A stretch of 64,000 nucleotides of DNA from a virus (taxonomy: Duplodnaviria > Caudoviricetes): the IMG/VR virus record IMGVR_UViG_3300033463_000011, positions 96,001-160,000 of that record. The stretch is one strand, 5' to 3'. The notes under the pieces are model-generated. The model did no database searches and was not told the DNA's origin. It saw only the letters and a program-made list of their open reading frames with translations. Position 1 is the stretch's first letter. Each line of letters opens with the position of its first letter. Shown piece by piece: positions 1 through 8,405 of the stretch. Position numbers and translations under genes: made by a program.

Positions 1-1
1 A

Positions 2-475
2 CCTTCCTGGTTCTCTAAAACATTTGCAAAGCACATAATTACACAATATTGCACTTCAGATATAATTGTAGATCCTTTTGCAGGCTGGGGTGCAAGATGC
101 GACGCATCTGTTGAATTAGGTAAACTTTACATAGGTTGTGACTTAAATCAAGAATTAGTAAGTTGGCATCAACAGCATAATCGTAATATCATATATGATG
201 ATGCTAAAGAATTTAAATATGACGGGGAATGTTCAGTATTTATCTGTCCTCCATACCAAGATGTCGAAGTATATTTCAAAGGACAGAATTGTGAGCTTAC
301 TCAGTGCGAGTGGTTATCAATTGTGATGAAAAATATTCCCAATGCTAAAGAATATGTTATGGTTTGTAAAGTAGTTGATCCCGGTTGGGAAAAGTATATT
401 GTAGAAGTAAAAGAGAACAAAAGTCATTTCGGAACTAATAAAGAATATGTAACTGTAATACCTAACCTTATTTAA
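2..475 (+). CDS. 5'-truncated amino-methyltransferase-like C-terminal domain; paralog of the C-terminus of 61478..63364
   Basis: Not in the ORF track. Frame from nt 2 reads PSWFSKTFAKHIITQYCTSDIIVDPFAGWGARCDAS...SVFICPPY...KENKSHFG, ends at TAA 473-475, and is collinear with 61478..63364. Confidence 0.85.
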   Translation, partial: PSWFSKTFAKHIITQYCTSDIIVDPFAGWGARCDASVELGKLYIGCDLNQELVSWHQQHNRNIIYDDAKEFKYDGECSVFICPPYQDVEVYFKGQNCELTQCEWLSIVMKNIPNAKEYVMVCKVVDPGWEKYIVEVKENKSHFGTNKEYVTVIPNLI

Positions 476-491
476 TTGCAGTAATCGTTAT
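464..491 (+). promoter_or_regulatory. Adjacent copies of the two recurrent intergenic motifs, AACCTT (464) and AATCGTTAT (483)
   Basis: Both motifs recur upstream of many genes in the window. Confidence 0.5.
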
Positions 492-555
492 AGCATATAA
501 CAAATATATTAATGATTGGTTATTTAGATTTACTTCTAGATAATTGGCGCGAATA

Positions 556-897
556 ATGAAGATCTACATAAAATCATCAAAGTATTCATACCAAGGCAGT
601 GTAGCTGATAAGTTTGGTAATATAAGAATTCGTGATAGTTATTTTGAGACCATTGCGAATAGTGAAGCAGAAGCTAAGCGAAATATATTATCTCAAGCTA
701 AAAGGAGGTTAGGATTGAAGAATTCTGCATATCTTAAATTAGTATCTCCTGAAAAGATTGATGAATGTGTTGATAATGCTGTAGAAACTTATTCAGGCCA
801 AGATAGAATATACTGCCCTAATTGCGGAATGCGATTAACAGATGGTGGCTTCTGTCCTAATTGCTATTCCGAAGGCGATGAAACAAATTATAGTTAG
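556..897 (+). CDS. Hypothetical protein with N-terminal MKIYIKSS tag and C-terminal Zn ribbon (CPNCG...CPNC)
   Basis: ORF track 544..897; ATG 556 gives the tag start. Confidence 0.75.
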   Translation: MKIYIKSSKYSYQGSVADKFGNIRIRDSYFETIANSEAEAKRNILSQAKRRLGLKNSAYLKLVSPEKIDECVDNAVETYSGQDRIYCPNCGMRLTDGGFCPNCYSEGDETNYS

Positions 898-922
898 CCC
901 ATATTGAAGTTCTTTCTTTTTA

Positions 923-960
923 ACAAAATGCCCCAAGATTAATTTCTTGGGGTGTTTTGT
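923..960 (+). terminator. Intrinsic terminator-like hairpin
   Basis: ACAAAATGCCCCAAGA-ttaatt-TCTTGGGGTGTTTTGT. Confidence 0.7.
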
Positions 961-1009
961 GTCCATGAATCGTTATAGAATATACATTAATATAGGAGAG
1001 TTTATAAAC

Positions 1010-1153
1010 ATGCAAGCAGGCAGACCTAGTAATTTAACTAGCTATGCAAAAGAACTTAGAGAAAATCAGCTTAAGGAGCAAATAAGAATTTTAGAACAAC
1101 AGTTAAATAATGCTCGAAGAGATTTGAAATTATTGGAGAAAAGAAATTTATGA
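1010..1153 (+). CDS. Small coiled-coil hypothetical protein
   Basis: ATG 1010 follows an AGGAG RBS, with AATCGTTAT at 968. The track start at 947 lies inside the terminator. Confidence 0.6.
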   Translation: MQAGRPSNLTSYAKELRENQLKEQIRILEQQLNNARRDLKLLEKRNL

Positions 1154-1341
1154 AAACTGAAAAAATAGATAGCTCAGAAAGTAAGATGTTTGAACAAGTT
1201 AGAGAATTATGCGTTCTATGTGCAAAAGGTATAGTTAAGATATCTGATGATACCGGAATTAATCCAAAGTTAATAGCTAAATTTTTCATAGAAGTATTTC
1301 AAAAAATACTAGGGGATATGGAAAGTGATACCAAGGTCTGA
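1150..1341 (+). CDS. Hypothetical protein
   Basis: ORF with upstream GGAG, overlapping the previous stop. Confidence 0.6.
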   Translation: MKTEKIDSSESKMFEQVRELCVLCAKGIVKISDDTGINPKLIAKFFIEVFQKILGDMESDTKV

Positions 1342-1498
1342 GTTATTTAACTTCAACTATGGAAAAGAAAACTACTTACTTGCGAGGCTCTTAGTAACCA
1401 AACAGTACTTAGAACAGAATAACATAAATGACGCTATCGAATGCTTAAATGATGTGATTTCTGACATACAAACAGACTATAGAAATCCGCTATTTTAA
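1325..1498 (+). CDS. Small hypothetical protein (57 aa, MIPRSELFNFNYGKENYLLARLL...)
   Basis: Not in the ORF track. GTG 1325 follows AGGGGA, ends at TAA 1498, and fills the gap. Confidence 0.5.
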   Translation: MIPRSELFNFNYGKENYLLARLLVTKQYLEQNNINDAIECLNDVISDIQTDYRNPLF

Positions 1499-1536
1499 AT
1501 CGGAATCGTTATATATTGTGCAAAGGAGGATATAGC

Positions 1537-1953
1537 ATGGCCATTACTAAGTTTAGAGATAAATATTTCTTTTTATCAAACTTCTATCCAGAAGTTTTAT
1601 ATATTAATGGTGAAATGTATCCATCTGCAGAACACGCTTTTCAAGCAATGAAGTCTTTAGATAAAGATGTTAGATTAGCTATGTCTGTATGCCCTAGTGT
1701 AGCAGAAGTGAAGAGAACAGGTAAAAAGATAAACCTTAGATGTGATTGGGAACAAGTTAAAGTTTCTATCATGAAAGACATACTCCGAGCAAAGTTTTCA
1801 GATCCTGAATTAGCTCAAAAATTAAGAGATACTGGAGACGAAGAATTAATTGAAGGTAACACTTGGGGAGATACTTTCTGGGGAGTATGCAATGGTAAAG
1901 GACAAAATGTTCTCGGAACTTTGTTAATGGAAGTGAGGAAAGAAATCTCGTGA
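1537..1953 (+). CDS. NADAR family (YbiA-like) ADP-ribose/N-glycosidase hydrolase
   Basis: FLSNFY, SAEHAFQAMK, DW..VK..IM..IL.AKF, LIEGNTWGDTFWG, GQNVLGTLLMEVR motifs; AGGAGG RBS. Confidence 0.92.
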   Translation: MAITKFRDKYFFLSNFYPEVLYINGEMYPSAEHAFQAMKSLDKDVRLAMSVCPSVAEVKRTGKKINLRCDWEQVKVSIMKDILRAKFSDPELAQKLRDTGDEELIEGNTWGDTFWGVCNGKGQNVLGTLLMEVRKEIS

Positions 1954-2705
1954 AAATTTACGCAAGTAAACAACTTGGCCCCGTATATTACATGGTTAAG
2001 GAACTTTCTATTTTAGAATCAATTGTTAAGCAGGAAGTTATAAAGATTTCGGAAAAACCTGAAAGGGGATACAGTCAACAAGATAAATCTCCTCACCATT
2101 ATGTTTCCTTTTTACGCAGTTTAGATAAAGCAGGAAGAAATCCTAGAAATTGGGTCTATGGCGTAAGATTAGACGGAAATAAACTTACTAATAAGTACAA
2201 AATATCTCCATATTCTCAACCTGGAAATACTATTGGCTATAAGAGCAGTCACCTTAGAGTTAGCTACATATCAGAGTATGACGATGGAACTTATATGGTT
2301 CAGTTAATCGAAAGACCCTCTTTCTTTGTGCCCGAAAATATTTACAGAGATATAGAAAAAGCTATATTGAATGATGTAGAAGGAATTAATGAAAAGAAGA
2401 ATCTAGTTGAGCTAACTGGTAAAAGATCCTATAGGGGCAAAACTGTTGTTAAGAAGTATTTTTACAATACAAAGAATGGTGGAATCCATATAAGCGACAG
2501 CACAGTATCTCCTGAAACTATTTCATACTTAGTCAATCATAAATTAAATGAAACTGAAGAAAGGTATTGGGTTCTTGACAGCAAGACTCAATACATTGAT
2601 ATCTCAGGTTGTATAATAGGATATATTGAACCTAAGGGTGATGATTCAGTTGAACAAGCAATTGATGCAGGTAAACTTCCCCCTAAAAATATTTGGCATT
2701 ACTGA
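1950..2705 (+). CDS. MKIYAS-tagged protein, possible ADP-ribosyltransferase-like fold
   Basis: VYYM...YVSFLRS...VRLDGNKLTNKYKISPY...NETEER resembles ART core motif spacing (by eye). Confidence 0.4.
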   Translation: MKIYASKQLGPVYYMVKELSILESIVKQEVIKISEKPERGYSQQDKSPHHYVSFLRSLDKAGRNPRNWVYGVRLDGNKLTNKYKISPYSQPGNTIGYKSSHLRVSYISEYDDGTYMVQLIERPSFFVPENIYRDIEKAILNDVEGINEKKNLVELTGKRSYRGKTVVKKYFYNTKNGGIHISDSTVSPETISYLVNHKLNETEERYWVLDSKTQYIDISGCIIGYIEPKGDDSVEQAIDAGKLPPKNIWHY

Positions 2706-2756
2706 TCCATAACCTTTTATGAAAATGAAATACCATTTCCATAAAGGAGAAATACT

Positions 2757-3026
2757 ATGGCACTTATTCCAATGGATGAACTCCAAACATTAAAAGCAGC
2801 AGCTGATGTCAAGACTGTTGCAGATACTGCGGAAGCAGATCAGCAGGAAAAGGAAATTGCTTATCTTATTAACACGGCAGCAAATTGTGGCCAATATGAT
2901 GTAGCATATAACGGAAAAATACTTGAAACTATTCTCACAAAGCTTGAAAGTGATGGTTACACAATCACTTATGATGTAGCTAAAATGAATGCAGAAGACA
3001 TTGCCCATATTTCTTGGGATTCTTAA
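2757..3026 (+). CDS. Hypothetical protein, possibly virion-associated
   Basis: AAGGAG RBS; AACCTT motif at 2711. Confidence 0.7.
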   Translation: MALIPMDELQTLKAAADVKTVADTAEADQQEKEIAYLINTAANCGQYDVAYNGKILETILTKLESDGYTITYDVAKMNAEDIAHISWDS

Positions 3027-3078
3027 AAGAGAATCGTTATATTGAGTATAACATATCAAAAGTTCCAGGAGAATTAAT

Positions 3079-4074
3079 ATGAAAGTTTACATTAAATCAG
3101 CAGTAAATATTTCTGACATACAGGCAAAAATAGCAAAGAAGCAAGCTGAGATTGATAAAAAGGTTGCTTGGATAGCTAAGAAAGAAGCAAGTATTGAAAA
3201 GAAACTTAATCTCCTTTCAGGAAAGTTATCTGATGAAGATTATGCCAAACTAGAAACTTTTATCAATGAATTGAAAGTTACAGCGCGTAGAAAGATTCCT
3301 GATGATATTCCAGTAAATACTTGGGGACTTGTCAGAAGCTACGGATATGATTATGAAAGTCCTGAAGGTAAAGCACTTTATAATATAACTGACGACGCAG
3401 AATCCATTTATAATTCTGGTCTAGCTATTAATGAAGCTCAAGGGATATTAGATAAATATAAGAATCAGTTATCTGCAATGCAGGAAAAAGCAGACGAGAT
3501 AGATAGAATTCCTGAATGCTTAAAAGAATTCATGAATAGCATTATTGAGAAATGGGATGAATACGATCTAAAGCTCAAGTATAAGTCAAAGCCTTTTTAT
3601 GACAAACTTAACGCAGACGCAGATACTATCTTATATGAAGGTAATCCCTATCATCGTTACGACTTAAAAAAGGAACGTCTTGCTGAATTATATCCCAATA
3701 TCGAAGAAACTGATAGATGGAGATCAAGCAGAGAGCGTCAGTTCGAAATTGATCACATCATTAATCCCTTCGAAGCTATGTACGGATCATTAAATTATGC
3801 AAGATCTTTCTGGTATATGACTGATGAAGATATTCACAAGCAGAACCAAAAAGCTGGAGAAAATCTCATCCTTGATCTACTTAAAAGAGTAACAAAGATT
3901 ACAGGTCCAGTAACTAGTTGGGCAGGATTGCGCGTTACTAGAGGAAATATAGGCCCAGTAATTAATGGAATTGTTACTGGAGAAGACGGCAAAGCCGAAG
4001 TAGAATCCATATACGCCGGAGGTTATTCTGTGCAGCGACTCCACATCAGGACATTAGTTAAACCTATAAAGTGA
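3079..4074 (+). CDS. MKVYIKSA-tagged coiled-coil hypothetical protein with C-terminal ...IYAGGYSVQRLHIRTLV domain
   Basis: 331-aa ORF; AGGAG RBS; AATCGTTAT at 3032. Confidence 0.8.
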   Translation: MKVYIKSAVNISDIQAKIAKKQAEIDKKVAWIAKKEASIEKKLNLLSGKLSDEDYAKLETFINELKVTARRKIPDDIPVNTWGLVRSYGYDYESPEGKALYNITDDAESIYNSGLAINEAQGILDKYKNQLSAMQEKADEIDRIPECLKEFMNSIIEKWDEYDLKLKYKSKPFYDKLNADADTILYEGNPYHRYDLKKERLAELYPNIEETDRWRSSRERQFEIDHIINPFEAMYGSLNYARSFWYMTDEDIHKQNQKAGENLILDLLKRVTKITGPVTSWAGLRVTRGNIGPVINGIVTGEDGKAEVESIYAGGYSVQRLHIRTLVKPIK

Positions 4075-4082
4075 GAAATAAC

Positions 4083-4454
4083 ATGAAAATATATTGCTCT
4101 AGAGATTATTCACAAGATTATATAGTTTATCATCTCGATAGGTTTGTAGGAAAAGATATTTGGATAGCAGCAAATGTTGGGCCTAGTAAACACGGATCTT
4201 TAGATAGTGTATATGATTGCACAATAAAAATAATTTCCCAAACAGATAGCAGCTACAAATTTTATAAAGTATATCGTGTTTATTTAGCAGGTCGTGTAGT
4301 TCCTTTGTTAAATGAATCTTTGGAACGAGTTTATACAGCGAGGAAAACTATGATTCATGTAAGAGATCCGCTTACTGTATATACTACAGAGGAAGTGTTT
4401 AATGATTTTGCGGAGTATGGTTCTCATGACGATGATTATGATGATGTAGAGTAG
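4083..4454 (+). CDS. GKDxW-family paralog 1/40
   Basis: MKIYCS...LDRFVGKDIWI...DPLTVYTTEEVF. Confidence 0.85.
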   Translation: MKIYCSRDYSQDYIVYHLDRFVGKDIWIAANVGPSKHGSLDSVYDCTIKIISQTDSSYKFYKVYRVYLAGRVVPLLNESLERVYTARKTMIHVRDPLTVYTTEEVFNDFAEYGSHDDDYDDVE

Positions 4455-4456
4455 CT

Positions 4457-4984
4457 ATGGCAGATACAGAACACGGAAAGAAAGCAGAAGAAAAAATTAA
4501 GTTATGGCTGAACCGTCCTCAGGATGGATATAGTTTTGATAGAATTCCTGACCAGATGTCAGGGCTTTATCGTGTTTCAAGAAATATATGCGATTTCGAC
4601 TTCTATAAGTATCCATATATGTATTATTGCGAAAGCAAATGTACTGAGCATGATAGGTTTGAGTTTAATCAGTTAACTGATACCCAGAGAAACGGATTGA
4701 GGTTAAAAGCAGAAATTCGAGGAGTATACGGAATAGTAATTGTATTATTTGCAGCCCAAAAAAGGGCATTTGTATTTGATATAAGAGATATCGCAGATAT
4801 TGATCCTGATAAAGATGCAAAAGCAGATGATAAAACATTCCTTAAGATTAAATCAGTAAATATAAAGAAAATTGATAAATGGACAATTTCATATAAAGAG
4901 ATTAGAACAGTTCCAAGCAGAAAAGAATTTTTAGACTATGAAGGGGAAATAGAAGAATACATGCCGAATAGGAGCAATACATGA
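4457..4984 (+). CDS. RecU-like Holliday junction resolvase (PD-(D/E)XK)
   Basis: GKKAEEKI, RIPDQ, NICDF, ESK, LTDTQ pattern typical of phage RecU-like resolvases. Confidence 0.7.
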   Translation: MADTEHGKKAEEKIKLWLNRPQDGYSFDRIPDQMSGLYRVSRNICDFDFYKYPYMYYCESKCTEHDRFEFNQLTDTQRNGLRLKAEIRGVYGIVIVLFAAQKRAFVFDIRDIADIDPDKDAKADDKTFLKIKSVNIKKIDKWTISYKEIRTVPSRKEFLDYEGEIEEYMPNRSNT

Positions 4985-5397
4985 AAGTATATGTAAGGTC
5001 TTCAACTTGTACTCAAGACATTCAAAAATTTCTAGGTAAAGATATCTGGGTTAAAGTTAGTGTAGATGTGATTAGATACTATTGGGCAAAAATAGTGGGA
5101 CAATCTGAACATTTTTGGTACATTATACGACTGGATACATGGGACTTAGGCGACTATGGAAAACTCAAAATAGAAGACGGATCTGAATTCATTTCTAAAA
5201 TACGTAAAGACCGATTCAGTTTATCTTATCCAATAGAAGCATATACATCGGCAGAAATGCTTGATATGTTACAACCTACCCCCGAAGGTTACTCACTCGC
5301 AAAATCGGCTAAAGGTAACTACTATTGGCATTATGATGGAGAGAGGTCAGATAACGACGGAATTCAATACGACGTGCCTATAGGTTACCTTATATGA
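4981..5397 (+). CDS. GKDxW-family paralog 2/40
   Basis: MKVYVRSS...FLGKDIWVKV...YPIEAYTSAEML. Confidence 0.85.
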   Translation: MKVYVRSSTCTQDIQKFLGKDIWVKVSVDVIRYYWAKIVGQSEHFWYIIRLDTWDLGDYGKLKIEDGSEFISKIRKDRFSLSYPIEAYTSAEMLDMLQPTPEGYSLAKSAKGNYYWHYDGERSDNDGIQYDVPIGYLI

Positions 5398-5427
5398 TAA
5401 TATATTAAATTAGTTGAGGAGATATTT

Positions 5428-5823
5428 ATGAAAAGATACATTAGAGCCTCAGTTACAGATCTTAAGTTGTCTTATCAAGAAATAAAAGAAATTGAAGCTG
5501 GACTTTATTCTATATTAAAAACATATTTTCATGATAGCAACTATAGTCATACTTCTGCTGTAAAAGTTAGCGGCAGCGATTATGATATACTTCGATATAC
5601 TGCAAGGCCTTATAGTGGTTATTCTAGTTTTAAATCTGCACCGATGATGAACAAAGATTCAGTAAAACTTGCAGATTTTAAGAAAGAGGTAAAAGCATTT
5701 CTGAAACCTTACGGTGTAACTAGAATCAAATACAGCGTATCTAGCGGTAAACTTCATTACGGATACATTTCGGGTCCCGATGATTTTCCTGTAACATATT
5801 TAAACGCAATATACTTCGGTTAA
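5428..5823 (+). CDS. MKRYIRAS-tagged hypothetical protein
   Basis: GAGGAG RBS; TACCTT motif at 5386. Confidence 0.8.
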   Translation: MKRYIRASVTDLKLSYQEIKEIEAGLYSILKTYFHDSNYSHTSAVKVSGSDYDILRYTARPYSGYSSFKSAPMMNKDSVKLADFKKEVKAFLKPYGVTRIKYSVSSGKLHYGYISGPDDFPVTYLNAIYFG

Positions 5824-5833
5824 GGAGAATACA

Positions 5834-6322
5834 ATGCCTACAAGTAATAATCCTTATGATCTAATAAACGCATTAGAAACAAGATACAATGAATTGATGG
5901 AGGAACAGGAAGATTTAGTTGCTTCAACAAACATAACTGCATCAGATGATGGATATATAGTTACTCCAAATAATCAGAGTGGATATAAAACAATAAACGT
6001 ACATTCAGAGATTTCAAATGTACAAGAAACAGTTATGTTTGAAGGAACCGATCTCGATTTGGTTATCTCCTACTATTGGTGTAACAACGATGAATTGCAC
6101 CCATTCCCTCATGGACCCAATAGAGTTTATGAAGACACTATTCATGCAAGCACTGTTAAGATAGTTGACAGAACATATACTTCAACTATAGGTGGAGATA
6201 TGTCATTTGATGTAGAAACATGGGATTTATATATTGATGGAGTTAAGCAATCCTATGACATAGACGGATATGAATTAGAGGGAAATACTTTATACGTCGA
6301 CGCAATAGTTGGTTGGGGATAA
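5834..6322 (+). CDS. Acidic hypothetical protein with internal LVAS/ITAS motifs after a short leader
   Basis: AAGGAG RBS; 162-aa ORF. Confidence 0.8.
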   Translation: MPTSNNPYDLINALETRYNELMEEQEDLVASTNITASDDGYIVTPNNQSGYKTINVHSEISNVQETVMFEGTDLDLVISYYWCNNDELHPFPHGPNRVYEDTIHASTVKIVDRTYTSTIGGDMSFDVETWDLYIDGVKQSYDIDGYELEGNTLYVDAIVGWG

Positions 6323-7240
6323 ATGAAGCAGTATATAAAAACAAGTAAACGATCTGATTTAATCAACGAGAAGAACCAGTGGCGTATGAAATATGACGCC
6401 AGAAGAGTTTTGTATGAATCTCAAACAAAACAATTTAATGACGCTGCAGATGCTTGGGAAGATCGTGTAATTAGAAAAGTATACAACCGATTTTCAGAAT
6501 ACTTTGAGAATATGCCCGGAGTTGAAATATACGTAGATGGCGGATATGATTATGATTCTTTATTTTCCAGAATAATCATTTCAAGATCTTCTTATCAAGG
6601 AGAATCTGGAGTTAACTGGGATTATGATGTATGTATTCATCCTACTAAAGATACAAAAACAATATGTTCTTGGAGTAACGGAAGGGCTAGAACTAGTGCT
6701 GGACATGATGTTCAAGCTGTATTAAACGAATTAGCTTATTCTACTCAGTTATTAAAAGAATTTGCTAATTTAGATTGGAAGCAATTTTTATACGAAGAAT
6801 TACTTTCAATGCCTAAGAAACGCCAATTCATTTCTGTATCTGATCCAGACTATGATCCAGAATATCAAGATCCGGGATATGACAATATGATACTTTATTC
6901 TGAAGTTGATCAAATTATCGGCAAAGACCTGTGGATGTTAACTAATACAGATAGATACTCTAGTGATTACGTTTGGGTAAAAATACTTTCTATAAATAAC
7001 GGAAAGTATAAATTTTACGCAGTTGCTGATCATGCGAATGCAAGTGTAATTTCATTAACTAATATACGTGATACTATAGTAACAAACAACTTAGGATTAG
7101 GCTCAACTACGGAATCCGACTTTAAGAGTCATTATGTTCCGGAACAACCGCTTAACATAGTAACAACAAGCGAATTAATAGAACATTATGAAAATAAGAT
7201 TGAATCTCGGATAGATCAGTTACGTGTACACGAGGAATAA
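6323..7240 (+). CDS. GKDxW-family paralog 3/40 (long form: N-terminal extension plus C-terminal family domain)
   Basis: MKQYIKTS...IIGKDLWML...QPLNIVTTSELI; N-terminal part homologous to 7249..8100. Confidence 0.85.
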   Translation: MKQYIKTSKRSDLINEKNQWRMKYDARRVLYESQTKQFNDAADAWEDRVIRKVYNRFSEYFENMPGVEIYVDGGYDYDSLFSRIIISRSSYQGESGVNWDYDVCIHPTKDTKTICSWSNGRARTSAGHDVQAVLNELAYSTQLLKEFANLDWKQFLYEELLSMPKKRQFISVSDPDYDPEYQDPGYDNMILYSEVDQIIGKDLWMLTNTDRYSSDYVWVKILSINNGKYKFYAVADHANASVISLTNIRDTIVTNNLGLGSTTESDFKSHYVPEQPLNIVTTSELIEHYENKIESRIDQLRVHEE

Positions 7241-7248
7241 ATTATAAT

Positions 7249-8100
7249 ATGTATATAAAATTTAGTAAAAAATTAGATTTAATACGAGAAAGAGATCAAT
7301 TCAAGCGCAATTTTGAAGCAAGGCAAGTGCTGTATGATTCTCAAATTAAAAACTACCGAGATGCAGAAGACCTTTGGGAAAGTATCATTGAATCTGAGAT
7401 AGAAAATGAATTTAAAGAATATATAAAAAATTTACCTTATTTGCGTATTTTTGTTAGAGCAATAGGCACCCAAGGTAATAGCATGAAAATAACAATTATA
7501 TATAATAATGAAGCTGATTCTAATTCCCCTAAGTGGAGATATGATGTAGATTTAGCTGCAAATGAAGATGACGAGGGCGTCCACATAGTTACGTCTACTC
7601 CTGCTATGTACTGGGATAGAATAAATTTTGCACAAATTGATATGGCGGAAATCTTACTAAATTCTGCAAAGTTAATCAGAGCTTTTGCAGATTTTGATTG
7701 GCAACGTTTAGTTGATTCCGCACTTGAAACAATTCCTAAGAAGAAAAATTACGTAGGAATAACTGAACCTAAATATGATATAGATTATCAAGATCCGGGA
7801 TATAACAGAAAGATACTTGAAGCACAGATAGAAGAAATCGTTGGAACTGATAACTGGTTAGTTGTAGATAATTACGGAGCTAAAAAATATATCAAAGTAA
7901 TTGATAACATTGGAGATTTTATACAATACAAATGTATATATCCTAACCTTTTAAATACAAGGGAACTAAATGAAGAATTAGAATCTGAACCTAATGCGGA
8001 TTTGAAAGATGATTTCTTTGAAATGTTTAAATTGCTTGAACCGTTAGAGATTATACCAGAAGATGATTTAAGAGATATTGCGAGTAGCTACGACGGGTGA
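7249..8100 (+). CDS. GKDxW-family paralog 4/40 (long form, tandem duplicate of 6323..7240)
   Basis: Shares DLI.E..Q....AR..LY.SQ and YD..YQDPGY with 6323..7240; C-terminal IVGTDNWL...EPLEII. Confidence 0.85.
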   Translation: MYIKFSKKLDLIRERDQFKRNFEARQVLYDSQIKNYRDAEDLWESIIESEIENEFKEYIKNLPYLRIFVRAIGTQGNSMKITIIYNNEADSNSPKWRYDVDLAANEDDEGVHIVTSTPAMYWDRINFAQIDMAEILLNSAKLIRAFADFDWQRLVDSALETIPKKKNYVGITEPKYDIDYQDPGYNRKILEAQIEEIVGTDNWLVVDNYGAKKYIKVIDNIGDFIQYKCIYPNLLNTRELNEELESEPNADLKDDFFEMFKLLEPLEIIPEDDLRDIASSYDG

Positions 8101-8399
8101 ATCATATGAATGAATCTTTTTTAACTTATTTTACTAAGAAAACTACAGAAGAATTAAATTCTGTAGTTTTTGAATTGTATGAAACATTATCTAATGAGAT
8201 AAGCGATTTCAACAAATTGAGATACACTATTGTTAAGTTGCTTGTAGATAAGTTTGATTCGAGTAACCTTATATTTAATTATAATATTTGTGTTTCAGAC
8301 AAGTTGGAGAAATCAATCAAACAAACATTAAAATACGCGATTGATACTGAAATGCTTATAATTCATATTTACAGAATATTAGAAGAATGTAAAGGATAA
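8097..8399 (+). CDS. Hypothetical protein
   Basis: ORF coupled to the upstream stop. Confidence 0.6.
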   Translation: MNHMNESFLTYFTKKTTEELNSVVFELYETLSNEISDFNKLRYTIVKLLVDKFDSSNLIFNYNICVSDKLEKSIKQTLKYAIDTEMLIIHIYRILEECKG

Positions 8400-8405
8400 T
8401 TAGCT

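Noticed and set aside
1-475. Terminal redundancy or circular overlap with 62896-63364
   Set aside because: The two regions are clearly homologous but differ at many nucleotides and residues, so they are paralogs, not a duplicated assembly end.
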